Assembly (NCBI RefSeq): GCF_964204645.1 | Contig: NC_134026.1 | Location: forward strand, 4,859,950-4,923,949 | Origin: Tubulanus polymorphus | Taxonomy: Eukaryota > Animalia > Nemertea | Reading direction: 5' to 3' | Length of the DNA stretch: 64,000 nt | Part shown: in pieces, positions 26,391-38,998 of the stretch | Layout: each line of letters begins with the position of its first letter | How positions within the stretch are numbered: the stretch's first letter is position 1 | Position numbers and translations under genes: made by a program | Notes under the pieces: model-generated | Databases searched by the model: none | What the model was told of the DNA's origin: nothing | What the model saw: the letters and a program-made list of their open reading frames with translations, nothing else

Positions 26391-26610
26391 TGTAACGATT
26401 GGGGAAGTGATAGTGAAATTACGCGCACTCACCGAGGATCAAACTTGGGTCTCGCACCTAGAAAGCAAGCATGCTAACCAGTAGACCAATAGAACTAGTC
26501 CACTTGGCCAGTGGTAATACAGATCAAACCCGGGTCTTGTACCTAGAAAGCAAGCGTGCTAACCAGTAGACCATTAGAACTAGTCCACTTGGCCACTGGT
26601 TACACAGCTA
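26391..26610 (-). mobile_element. tRNA-like repeat with a tandemly duplicated tRNA-like module
   Basis: Minus strand has two modules TGGTCTACTGGTTAGCAYGCTTGCTTTCTAGGTRCRAGACCCRRGTTTGATC. The outer end on + reads TGTAACGAT. The acceptor stem is not intact, so it is not a tRNA gene. Confidence 0.7.
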
Positions 26611-27139
26611 GTTGAATATGCATAAGACTTGTAACCAGTTCTTGGCTCTGTAATTTAGATAGAAGACAGATAGGACCGTCATCATTCCCGTATTTGCAGT
26701 TTAAGTGATTTTTCCTATATAAAGTCGTGATGAATCTTGATGCGCTGCCTGTGGCAAAAATACGATTTTATTCATGGCGTTACAATTTACTTTCGTTTTA
26801 TCTACCTACACGCCCGTCATGCTCGTTATGAATCCAGTCTTATCAGCGTCTAATGAGCCCATTCCATTATTGTTAGCTGTGCTTCATTCGCCATCTCTTC
26901 ATACTCGCTTCGCACAAAGGTAATTAACTAAGGGACAATATATCGAAATATCTAAGTACAACAAAGTATGAATATCGGCGAAGACACAATACTGCTGTTA
27001 TATCTAAAGCTAATTACATTAAGCTATGACTATCTAGCCGTATGATGACACATCAGTGTCCAATTCATCTTGAAGTTTTCTTCCAACACAGAAATAAACC
27101 AAGATTTTCAGGTGAATACATTAATTTTGGCCACAATCA

Positions 27140-27513
27140 AAGACTCTGTTGGCCTAATGTTGTGAGTCATATATAAGCAACAGTCTTATTTGTAGACTCA
27201 GTTGGCCAACTTCTCTGAGTCATATATAAGCAACAGTCTTATTTGAAGACTCTGTTGGCCAAATGTTCTGAGTCATATATAAGCAACAGTCTTATTTGAA
27301 GACTCAGTTGGCCAACTTCTCTTGAGTCATATATAAGCAACAGTCTTATTTGAAGACTCTCTTGGCCTAATGTTCTGAGTCATATCTAAGCAACAGTCTT
27401 ATGAGAAGACTCTGTTGGCCTTATGTTGTGAGTCATATAAAAGCAACAGTCTTATTTGAAAATTCAGTTGGCCAACTTTTCTGAGTCATGTAGTTTCAGT
27501 TGAAGACTCAGTT
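27140..27513. repeat. Minisatellite, 53-bp unit x~7 with two unit variants
   Basis: Units start at 27141, 27194, 27247, 27300, 27354, 27407 and 27460, with a core TGAGTCATATATAAGCAACAGTCTTATTTG. Confidence 0.95.
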
Positions 27514-30500
27514 TGCAGCCACAATGTTTGCAGTCAATATTGGCTTGGACGTGTGTTTCAGGTTCTATAAAGAATCGAATGCCATCATCCGAAGTCCCGA
27601 TAGATACATTCATTCGTTTCGAGCTGAAGTGGCGACCGCTCAATGATCATTTTGCGGCAATCATGCGGACAATTCTTCGTCATGCCGGCGACTTTTTCCT
27701 ATACGAATAAACGGCGATTCGGTTTTTTATCGTCGTAGCTATTTTGCGTATTTCTCCGTCCACCACGTAAGCGGTCTCTAATGAAGCGACTTGTTCATCG
27801 ATCGTTACACGAAACGAAGAAACAGTACAGCTCACTGTAGACTATCGCCGTGTACTTGATCGTCATGCTCATGCGTGCCCGACGACAACCTGACCATTTT
27901 GCGATGGTTGGCTTTTATTGGAGTCATTATGGGTGATTTGTATATTCCATTTTTACCTCGCGCTCGATCGCGCTAATATCAGCCTTCGCCGCTTTATCAT
28001 AGAGCTCTTTCTGACGGACGCTATTATAAAGAGGGGCGACGTCGAGCGCATAGCTTTGAATGATAATGACGTAGCACGCCAATATGGCCGCTGATCAGGT
28101 TAAATGAATACTTCCCAGGGTTGCTCGCTATATTTCATCCGATATGAGCTGATTATGCGACAGATTGGCCCAATCATTTGATAAATGCAGAATCAAAAAC
28201 ATAATTTCCTCATGCTCGTCGTTTATGCTCGGTATTTTCATCTGCTTCGTCGTCTGATTGGGGATTTAACGGTATACATATATGAAAGTATGTAGCAGAT
28301 TAATCAGACTCCCCAGTTTACTGAGCAATCATGGATTTCGCTTGTCACAAGTTTGGATTGCTAGGTGGCAGCAGTGTGCCTTTAGATGACTATTCGAGAT
28401 TTCTTCTCAGATTCAATTAAAACTATCCGTAATTTCGGAAATCTTCAAATGGATCCCATAGATTTAGAGTTTATCAACAGTCATAATTTGCCTATTTTAG
28501 GTGGTCCAACAGAAAAAATCTTGTCCCGACCTAAACCTTAATTCATCACTTGGAATATCATTATCAAGCCTCATCCGGTGATGTTCTCCTCATTTTATAG
28601 ATGAACTTCATCCTGTTTATCAGTGATTTGATTTCCTTTCAAGAGACGAATACGAGCCGATCGTCAGCGAGTGGCATCGTGATATTTCAGCTAGGCGACT
28701 GATCGCGTTCATCGAGGCATAATGTCTGATTAGATGATGTATCATATTTACAGATTTAGACAGAAGACTAATGACATTTATAACGAACTGATTTTTGTCT
28801 TAATTCGCCGCTTTTTCACAATCATATATTTCAGTTTCGAGTATTTTACGAAGACGAGGCGTGAAGAGATCAGTGGGATTGATAACGTACTCTAGCATTC
28901 ACAGCGTTACAATCACTTTGAAGAATGTTCTCACATAGATATTGATGAAACCGTCAATGGAAGTGTTATGCTTAATAAGCGACATTTTTAAAGTCATATT
29001 GCTTTCCAATAGTTTTCATGAATAGGCCTAAGTGTTTTTTTCGTTTTCTATATTGAGGACGTTCACATATATGTACTCTTACGCCAGTCTGGAGTGGTGG
29101 TTCTGGTAATGCTGTCGAGCCTGGCAAGTAGTTTGTTTAGTTCATGCATTGATTAGTTGCCCAGCCATCAACTACTTGATTTCTCAAATTCAGCGTAACC
29201 TGTTGCATTCTAGTGACTAGCTTGGTTGCAAACATTCGATATCCTTCCAAGTCATTTGAATGGATAGATTATGCATCTCGATAAGTTGTACATTATCATG
29301 GGCAACAAGCGCGATCATATCATTTTTTTGTTTTTCGTCATTCACTTGGCCGCAGTTCAGCAGGTTTTGAAGGTTAATGGGTTCATCATTATAAGGCATC
29401 ATCATCAATTGCTGCATTATTCAATAGATAGCATTTGTTTTCTTCGTTAATCACTTCGCTTTAATGATTATGAATACGCACTTATCAAGTGATTTACGCT
29501 CTGAACCCATTACGTATTGATTGAAAAGCAGTTTGCAGATTTAAAGATCAGTCAAAAATGATTAGACATTGCAACTTTTCAGAGGCAGATCTGAGGTTGG
29601 GGCTAGACGGTATTGCATTAAAAATTAAAGGGAAGTAAAAAAAAGGACATTCCCAGCCAAAGCGAACGCTGCAGGCATGATGCCAAATGAAGAAAGAATT
29701 ACAAGGCCATTTTAGAGCATTAAGAGCTCTCCTGGAAGCTATCATAGTCAATAAGAATATGAAACACTTTAATTCAAAGAGCGCTTAAAATTCAAAGCCT
29801 ATGATTATCCGTTGCTGCGCAAAATTCATGTTTATCAGTTTCTAGGATAAACTTGCTCAAATTCCTCGATGCTGTTTGTAAGATGTCCTTTTAAGCTTTC
29901 AAGGTTCGTTTTACAAGTGATAACTGTAACACGAAAGGTAGATCTGAGATACACTTATCGGTTGCCTTGGAAACATCACCACTGGCTAGTATCTAGTGGT
30001 ATGGAATTGAATATATGTATTACAACTAAATCTTATACTCGGGGTTTTGTTTTTGGCTACAAAGGTTCAAACATCACTGGACAGAACAGATTAGCATGAT
30101 TAGTCGATCGACATGCATTGATACATTTCAAGGGCTTGATATACTGTCTAGACAGCAATTTGGCCATCATTATTTTGTAACCTTGCTACAAACTACTAAT
30201 CAGTGAGTCTTCCCCACTTGACTGGCCTGGAGATCCTATGGTCGGCCGTCTTATAGATTGATAATTAAAGCTTTCGTTTTGGCAAATTCGTGAATTATCT
30301 ATGAACTTTATTTCTAATCTTTTATCCTCGATGTCCAATATTCATCTCGCAAATACTGTTTTATGTTGAACTTTATATGAAACTTGAGTTCGATTAGGCT
30401 TTCTGGCTGCGCAGGTATCACCGATCTGTAACATCCTTGAACTTCTATTCGCATCCGTCATTTTCAGCCTAGATGTTGTTATCGTCATCTTCGTCGTTAC

Positions 30501-33500
30501 GCTCCCCGATGTCCTGGCTGCGATCTGGAAAGATGGCCGAGATGATTGGTTAAATTATGAATAGTTGTCATGTTGATTGGTTAGCGGCGGATGACTGATG
30601 ATCCGGGCATTTTGTTGTCAGAGACTCAAATTCTCGGTTAATCATCATAATAATGACTAGATGATTTAGACACGTGTTACATCGATCGTTCTGAGCATTT
30701 TTCTCAAAAATAAACTTTAACAATTTCGTATTACAATTTAGTTTCAGGTTATTCAACAGATTTTGTTCCACCTGATAGCGAACCAGTTCAGCTGCTGATA
30801 CAGATATATGCATTATACTTTCAGTGTCGTGTACTTCGGAACTAAAACAAAAATAACCCAAATTCGGACTTATTGCTGAAAGTGTAAAATGATGAATAAT
30901 AATAAGGTTGATTTTTTCAGGAACTGTTTGACTTTTTAAGCATCTGATATCTTAAATGATATCGAGATTTTATATCAGAAGTCATGATTGTTATAATGCC
31001 ACATACATAGAATGAAAATATTCACCAGCAAAAACTCTTTGGAGGATTTTTATCCGAAAACTGATGATTTTTCATCATTCGGGTATTTTTTTCGAAATTG
31101 CTCCCGAAGATTTATAAATACGACGTCGAATGTTGGGTCTGTTTCAATCGAATTAACATAACACTAATGCTTGCATTTCTGCTAGAATTAACCGAGTTGT
31201 GCTGTAACGAATTTATTCTAGGTCCACCCGGCACGGTCACTAACTCTTCAGACAAGTCTGCTTCTACTTACCATTATGTCCAATATATCACTCGTAAGTA
31301 ATGGTGGAGTTCTCCACTTACAAGACCCACCATCCACCTTCGGAGCGTTGACTTTGAACTTTTTACCTCTGTGTAAAAGCGATTTTAGGTTCGATTATAG
31401 GGTTATTAGACAAAGATCGTCAATGCTCGTGTGGATTTTTAATCCGTTTGAATAATTTAAATCCATTAGGCATATAATGAGATTTAGCTGTAGGGTCTGT
31501 TTGCGAAAGACTGTAATGTATCCGAAATCACCATCGCTATCGACTGCTTCGGGAAATATTCATAAGCGTCACAATTGACTTAAAATTGGAAGCGAAATGA
31601 AATAAGGCTCCAGGATTTGAAAGGTGGAAAACACATCGCGCTAGAAAAGATGTGGATTTTAAAGACGATTAATAGATTAGAAAAGTATCGCCGGGGAGGT
31701 GTAGACCTTTTATCACACGATCGAGTAGAACCGGCGTATAAAGAGCTTGATCTGTAAATTCATCAGGAAAATGGGACCGCGAGTAAAACCTATCAGACTC
31801 GATTTGATTAATACGATTCTGTCGCTACCGCAGCATAAGGCAGAGACCGATACACAGGGGGAGGGGTGGCCGCCGTCGTCAGCCTTTCATCTCGTGATAA
31901 GAACAGTTTACTTTCGCATCATCTTCGATGATATCCTCGGCGTTAAACGGATCTACGCCCTGCACGAAAGATTTCATTATAAAAAACTCTGCATACATCG
32001 TCGTCGTCCTCCGGTAATAATTCAGCTGCGAACCGACGACGACGATGGTTCCATTCGGTTCATGAAAAATTCAGCAGCCGGGGAAAATTTCGCGTAAAGG
32101 TATTGACATTAGCCTTCGAAAATTCAATGCAGTTATGATTAGGTGTAGGGCTCGCGGGAATCAACTGTTTTGACTTCATTTTGTTCGGCGCGATGAAATC
32201 TGATTTTGTTTGCTCCGTCGTTTCGTCCGTTTGGGAGATGTATAGACCGATTATAACGACGAGGCTGGGCAAAAAGAGCCGCTAGCGAGCCGTTGAAAAG
32301 TCCGAAGATGATGATTTCAGCCGTAGTTCGGAATAGATTACGAAGGCAATCTGCGAATCTTGAAATGCATGAGTATTGGCGACGAGGCATGTGTGACGTG
32401 CAGACATTGAAGTATATATGAAAATCGTATCCCGACATTATGAATTGATTTGGAATTCTACTTAACGGAAAATGTTTTTCGTCTACGTTCGTTCGATCAA
32501 TTCCCGCGTATTGAGCGACTTTTTACCGTTTACACAGTTGACTGTAATGAACTTTAACTCGACTATTCAATTATCGAATCTTTGTCCGTATAGTTTCTGT
32601 TTCGATATTTGACATGAAAAAACGGTTAATTAAGCGCGTAGCTAGATTTACTTGTCGATAACAGTAGAATTATTGCGGGTTCGTTTAAGGTTATTGTATG
32701 AGACTTACTCTACATGAACTCGGCTAACTGTTGTTTACCATTTAATGATGTCTTCGATACCTTGTTAAATGCGATCGCCTGGTTTCTGTTCCTTTTTTTG
32801 GACAAGTCATGCAAATACACTTAACTATGATTATCCGGATGGTGGTCACGTATTACACCGTAGAGCCTCTTCTACCTGAATCCGTCGAGAGATGCCGTGC
32901 AAATGTCGTATAGAATTGATCTTTCGTGCAGCCGAAATTGCGGCCATTTAGAGGCATGAATTTAGCAATTTTTCCCACAGTTACTGTCCACTTCACCTCG
33001 TCACGAATTAATGGAATAGTGATTTTCAGACGAGCACAAGTTATCTATAAACGATGGCAATAGACCCGTCGACGGAAAAATGTTGATATTTACCCCATTA
33101 CGCGGCATCCGCAGAAAATAACATGATCGCTATAAACTTTATTTGTAGCGTTTAAACGATCGGTTACCTGGCCGAGCTAACCCCAACTTGAAAAAAGAGA
33201 ATTCCGCTTAGACGCTTAGAATTCAAGAGGTTAAGTCTATTTCGATAAAAAATAATACAGCCATGTTTAATAATGAACTTAATGGACGAGATAAGAATCG
33301 TGATCAAAAATGAAAAAAAAAATGAAAAAATGGGATATTGTGTTTAAGAAATGCGTAGGTAGGAACTGATGGTTGTGAGAGGGGAGCTAAACTGCGTTGT
33401 TGTTTGTCGAGATTTAGTTTCGTTTTACACCGACTTAAGAGCTGTCCTTATGAACACCCGGGAAAAGACTTAGTGGCTCGTTTGTTGACACGGCAAATAC

Positions 33501-34706
33501 TGTGACTGTCACTGATAGTCATAGAGCTAATGCACACTTTATTTAGGCATCGATCTCGGCCGGCAGTCGATTTCGTGAAATAACGTTAACGCTAATCAGA
33601 ATCGAGGTGAAGAATCGAATTCGCGGTATTGCGTTCCGCGACGATAGAAATTGAGTCGATTCCCGGTACGCGAGATCTTTTTAAGGTCTTTTTCTGCGAT
33701 TGGAAACGAATTTGCGATAAAGCAATTCCTGACCGTGCCATCTTGGTTCCAGTCTGATATAGGCCTAACTAAACCTTCGTCTCACTACCTTATGTCACTA
33801 TGATAGGTTTTATTATAATGTGTATGTATCTTAGCCTTAAGTAATCGCGGTTATCGAATATAGACGTGGGTATCTAATATACTAGACCCAGTTCCATGAG
33901 TTCCATTTCATCGTCATTAACTTGATAATGCATACGTTTCCTTGGTATTGCGATGCTTTACGCTTTACACTTCAGCATCTTGTGGCGGGTTTCTAAATAA
34001 AGCCGAATATTTATTGTATCGTGAAAGAGTTAAGTCTGCGATGGATTGCCTGTTTTATTAATGAGCTGTATAATTAGCCGGAGTGGGATTGTCGTTTCTA
34101 CTAATGATGATTTACCGACATAAGATCTGGCTACTAGAATGCTGCTTGTAATATTAACTTCATCGTGTTCATCCGGCAAGTTTTACCGAAGCCATCCTCA
34201 ATACAATGTCCACATCACTTTTTTCCACGCGTTAAGTTTCAGGTTTATCATTTCACTAAGTTTTTATTGAGTTTCAGAGTTCTGGCAGTGATTACAGAGG
34301 ATTAGGCCGGGAAGTCGATGCCTATCTTATTTCAGAGGCTGTTGCTCTGCTTCGAGGTCGTTGGTTACCATGGATTTTCTCGGAGATGATACTTTTCGAA
34401 CTGAAGTGACATTTTTTGTATCATGAATGTTTAGAACTTTGAATTATCTGTCACATTGATGTTCATACGTCGCTCCCGAATTGTCTTTTTTTTACATGAT
34501 AACATGATAACCCCAGCAGACAGCAGAATCTTCTTCTTTGTAACCTATAATCATTGTCAGGACTCTAAATTATGTTTTCTTTTTTTTCAGTTCTAGATTG
34601 GATTCATTTTCATTTTTTTTTTCTCCTGGGTTATTTATACAGTTTTGATTGAGGGTGGCGAAAATGGTCGACCAATTTTTCATTTGCCTCCTTCTTATCT
34701 TTGCAG

Positions 34707-35006
34707 ATGCTCCAAAAATCACACTCGCCCCTCGCGACCAAAAGGTCATGCACAACGGCGTCGTCAGTTTCTTCTGTAAGGCGTCCGGGAACCCGGCGCC
34801 GGAGATGCACTGGCACAAAAACGGCAAACGCATACGCGATTCGAAGACTCGATACCTGATCACAGACATGCCGCATGGATCCGTCCTGAGGATCGAACCT
34901 GCTAAAGCAGGACGAGACGACGCGACGATCACCTGCGAAGCTACCAACGGTATAGGCGAACCGGAAAAGCGATCGGCAAGTTTGTCCGTTTACCCGGAAA
35001 ATTCGC
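34707..35006 (+). CDS. Lar: LAR-type receptor PTP, Ig-like domain 1 exon (300 nt, phase 1-1)
   Basis: Acceptor cttcttatctttgcAG| and donor C|GTAAGT. Encodes (D)APKITLAPRDQKVMHNGVVSFFCKASGNPAPEMHWHKNGKRIRDSKTRYLITDMPHGSVLRIEPAKAGRDDATITCEATNGIGEPEKRSASLSVYPENS. I-set C..W..C pattern, with SFFC, WxKxGK and LRIEP..AGRDD motifs that I recognise from Drosophila Lar/PTPRD Ig1. Confidence 0.95.
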
Positions 35007-38000
35007 GTAAGTAAAATTTTTCATTCGTCTTACGATATTCACCATGTCGTCGTCACTTTCACCGCGGTCTACAGTGTCAATTGACATTTCGCGCGGTATC
35101 GAAGACATTTTCTGAGGCTTTTTTTTTCGGGTAGATTTGCTCGTTATCATTTGTGGCATTCGTACTCGCGCGCTTCGAGAGGCTGGGATATCGATGACTG
35201 TGTGATCAACCGACCTTTCAGTCAGAAAACCAGTCGTGCATCGGAAATGAAAACTGACACGTCGTAACGCGAGTCCATTAAGCCGACGTTTGATTTTCCT
35301 GCTGCGACTGCGACGAGTATCACTTGAACCTGAAAATGTTTCGTTTTTTTTTCTTTCTATTCGCTGGGTTTCCAACCGAGAGACCGGGAGTTGGTTGTTT
35401 TGGTTGTTTCGTGAATGTCTCAGCAACGATTGATGGTTTTTAGAAGACCGGCGATATTCATATTCCGGTATACAGGTTGAATGAGGACATCACCTTGGCA
35501 ATCGTATGTAATGCGGCTATAAAATGCAGAGGCGTTTTCAATGCAGTTGACGGAAAGATTGTGCAATTATTAATGTATTTAATCTATCGTAAGCAACAGT
35601 TACAAAGCACGCGCTGAAATATTTAACCTTCAATCAAGTAGTTTTTAGCGAATGGATTCTTCTCGTTCGCGGATCGCGCGACGCTACGATTTCTTGCCGA
35701 ATTGATCAATTTTGCGTCGATTCACGGATTTCTATTCTTCGCCGGAGAACGGCGGTGAAATTCGAACGAAAGTAATAATTGATTTCGCCGCGCGACGCCC
35801 GGCGAAGAACTTCCGCAAATCGATACCGAAGCCAGCCTCGTCGTAGGTAATCAAATCACTGAATCTCGAGTTATGAAATGAGTTCAAGTGATTTTTGAAT
35901 TTTTTGTCTCCAGTTTCACTTCGAATATTTCGTCACGTGAAATCTAATCATTGGGGAAGATTGTGGTAGTTTATAACTATCTGCTAGTGCACACTTGCAG
36001 TCTCGACAATTCAGCATTAAACCCGATGCGACCCTGGTTTTTCCATGCGGCTGTTCTTGCATATGCGATATCAATTTTTCTTGAATATTTTTACCTCGCA
36101 TTGAAATTGAAGTCGAAGATGGTGGTTTTCTCAAATTCTCTAATTTTCAATAATGATATGTCTTCATTTATCTCCTTCTTAACAATAAACTTTTATACAG
36201 TTTATATGAATACAGCATCAAATAATTTGTAAAATGGGGACAGGACAATGGGAGTAGGAGGCTGTGCTCAAGTAGTGGCCCATTGCCTTAAGAAAGATAA
36301 TTTATAATAAGATGGATGATAGCAATGATGATATTAACAATAAGCAAATAAGAGAGCTATTTTTATCCGCTATAACTAATGTCACCACTGCCCTGTAGGG
36401 GATATACTATCAATTTTTGCTAAAGGGATAGTTAACTTCGTTTTCAAATCGCTGATAACTTCAATGAATACGAGATATGTCGTTCAACTTCAATGGCTCG
36501 ATTCATGTTTTTTCGAAATGAGGCGATGCTCGACGCATCGATCTACGCTCCAAATTATTCATTTAACGCGCTACTGAAAACATAGCCACCGACTGTTTAC
36601 CGAGAGACAGAGTCAATATTTTACGGGATGTACTACAATTTTCGAAAGCAAATTTGATTACGCCGTAGTTCCGTGGTTCGAATTCACTATTAAGGCGAAA
36701 CGTTTATGTAACAACTTCATTTCAAGGTTTATGTAACGAGTTCGTTTCAAGGATATCGATAAACAAAAAATCAGTAAATTACATTCGCCCATAGCCCAGA
36801 GCTTTATCTCGGTATTTCCTCAATGAATTGAATGAAGAATACTTCTCAACTATGGGATTATTGCAACCCAAGAAATTCATGTGTGGCAAGTAAAGATCCA
36901 TCAGTGTGTCACCCTTGCAGCTCATCGTCATTTGTTGGGGTTTCTGTTCACATTATTGCTGTACCTGTTGCAGCATTTGCAGCGCTGGTTGTCATCTTTT
37001 TCACGCAGTTGTTGTATCAAAAAAAAAAATCTGCATCTAGCATTTTCCCCTCGGTGATGATTTCATTGAAATGAATATTTACTTTTAAAATCGATAAGAT
37101 CAGTTGCAAATTAGATTTGCCCGCTTTTGAGTTAAGCGATATTTTCCTATACTTTAACATAGACATTTTGAACACGTATTTAAGCGTTTATTCTACATCA
37201 GAAACAGTTCAACTTGAATTCCCTGAATCTACTATGAATACACACTATGGAAGTGAATAAAGAATAATGAATTTTCAATTTCAGCCGCAAGAGAAGATGA
37301 TAAATTATGTATTTGTAAGTCGAAAAACATATTTCCTATATGCAGCTAATTAAACAATTCAGTTGCAATTATGTTTTTCTCGTTTATTTAGAAGAATTTA
37401 CAATTCATCATTTTGGAATTTCTCCGATGATTTATTAGGCAAATTTGCAGTGTATTCGTATGCAGTCCTCTGTACAAGTAACTAGTGCTGTAAGCCAACT
37501 GGTTTTGGTAGGGGGTTGGTGGTTCTTTTCTGGACTTTCTCCCTCTGCCATAGTGGGGGAAAAGAAACGTGGTACCAGTTAATGAGGTCCTGAATAATCC
37601 TATAAAAAATAAGGCTGTGCTACATGATCATAAATCGTTCAGATAGCGAACTAAATTGTCAACATTACTGGCTGAAATTGAATACACTGCGATCATTTCT
37701 AGAAAGTCACATTCTAAAACGATTTAAGCTCATTTTTTTGATCGAGTTAAAATCCGTCAATTTTCAAACCATCAAACATTTACATAAATCATCTTTATAG
37801 ACGACATGTATATCTAACATTTCTATAATCTACGTATGATATTTGTTACTGTAGTTCAGATGGTGTTGTGAAGTCTGTAGTTCAGATAACCCCTCGACTC
37901 CTACATATTTTGGAGTTTCTTACAACGATTATTTTGCATGATTTTGCCCTTTTCTATTGACCGGAGGTGTATCGTGCTATGACTTTTTAAATTTCGCCGT

Positions 38001-38325
38001 CGTAGTCCTTCGCAGAAGATCGTATGAAGTATTTCCTCAGTTAGACATGAAACATCCCACAGCACTTCAGTGAATATGTCAGGAAATGTTTTTATACATG
38101 TGCGGGTGTTCATTCACTGTGGGGGAGTTCATCTATAATGTTTGCCAAAACTAGCCCCTATGAATAAACAAATCAATACGTTTTGGGAATTAAAGATATT
38201 TTTCTTTCTATTTTCACGTTAAATGTCAGATAAATGTTACAGGATCATCACGCTGATCCAAAAGTTTATTCGGAAACGCGTGGGCTTTGTTTTCCAACAA
38301 TTTCCAATTTTTAAGCAATGATTAT

Positions 38326-38780
38326 TAATGAAATTTTGAGGGAGCCTGATTTCTGAGAATGTTATTCATGACTATTCATACACTTGCAATAGTTCAGGTC
38401 TGTTGATACATGGGTGGGTAACACCATTACATCTTCCATGTGGTAGTATGGATTTATTGACTTCGACAGTTTAGCTTTTCCATTTGAATTGAGAAAATTA
38501 TGGATACATTTCAATTGAGTCAAAAATGATGTCATACAACAGACCAGCACACCTGGTGGATCCTCACTTGCCACACGTGGAATCTTTTTGCAACAGTAAT
38601 TGATATCCTATTACATATTAGCACACCTGGTGGATCCTCACTTGCTTCAGTAATTTCCCAAAATCTCATTAGGATAACGTGGTAGTAGTAGTAGATAGCC
38701 ATTAATTATTAATCATTTTATGATGCTATCATAATGAAATTTTGAGCAAGCCTGATTTTTTGAGAATGCTAATCACGACT
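38326..38780. repeat. Nested local direct repeats
   Basis: An imperfect ~50-bp pair (38326-38373 / 38732-38780, taatgaaattttgag..gcctgattt..gagaatg) encloses an exact 26-bp pair agcacacctggtggatcctcacttgc (38546-38571 / 38620-38645). Confidence 0.75.
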
Positions 38781-38911
38781 AGTACTGGTGGTTCCTATAC
38801 TTGGAATAACCCAAATATTAAACGGCTGATAATCTCCAAAACACACATGTTTATTCTAGGTAACTGTCTATAACAAAAAAGATGAATAATATATCATCAG
38901 CAAGAATTCCA

Positions 38912-38998
38912 TTTTCTTGCTCTCTCCTCTCTCTCTGTCTATCTCTCTCTCTTTCTCGCTCTCTTTTCTCTCTCTCATCTTTATTCCGGCTCTTTCTC
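38912..38998 (+). repeat. Imperfect (TC)n / polypyrimidine tract
   Basis: About 90 nt, almost all pyrimidine and AG-free, ending in ctcAG at 39000. Confidence 0.85.

Noticed and set aside
26425-26500. Functional tRNA gene
   Set aside because: The acceptor stem pairs poorly, the B box reads GTTTGA instead of GTTCGA, there is no clean anticodon loop, and it is embedded in a repeat.
27140-27513. CRISPR-like appearance (palindromic repeats at regular spacing)
   Set aside because: The intervening sequences are near-identical rather than unique spacers, there are no cas genes, and the context is a eukaryotic intron.
34591-34706. Alternative upstream acceptor for Ig1, and the N-terminus of ORF 34649-35014
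   Set aside because: The 116-nt extension shifts the frame. The ORF's hydrophobic leader (FFICLLLIFA) is the translated polypyrimidine tract.
34570-35426. Minus-strand ORFs over the Ig1 exon
   Set aside because: Antisense shadows of the real exon and adjacent CpG-rich intron.
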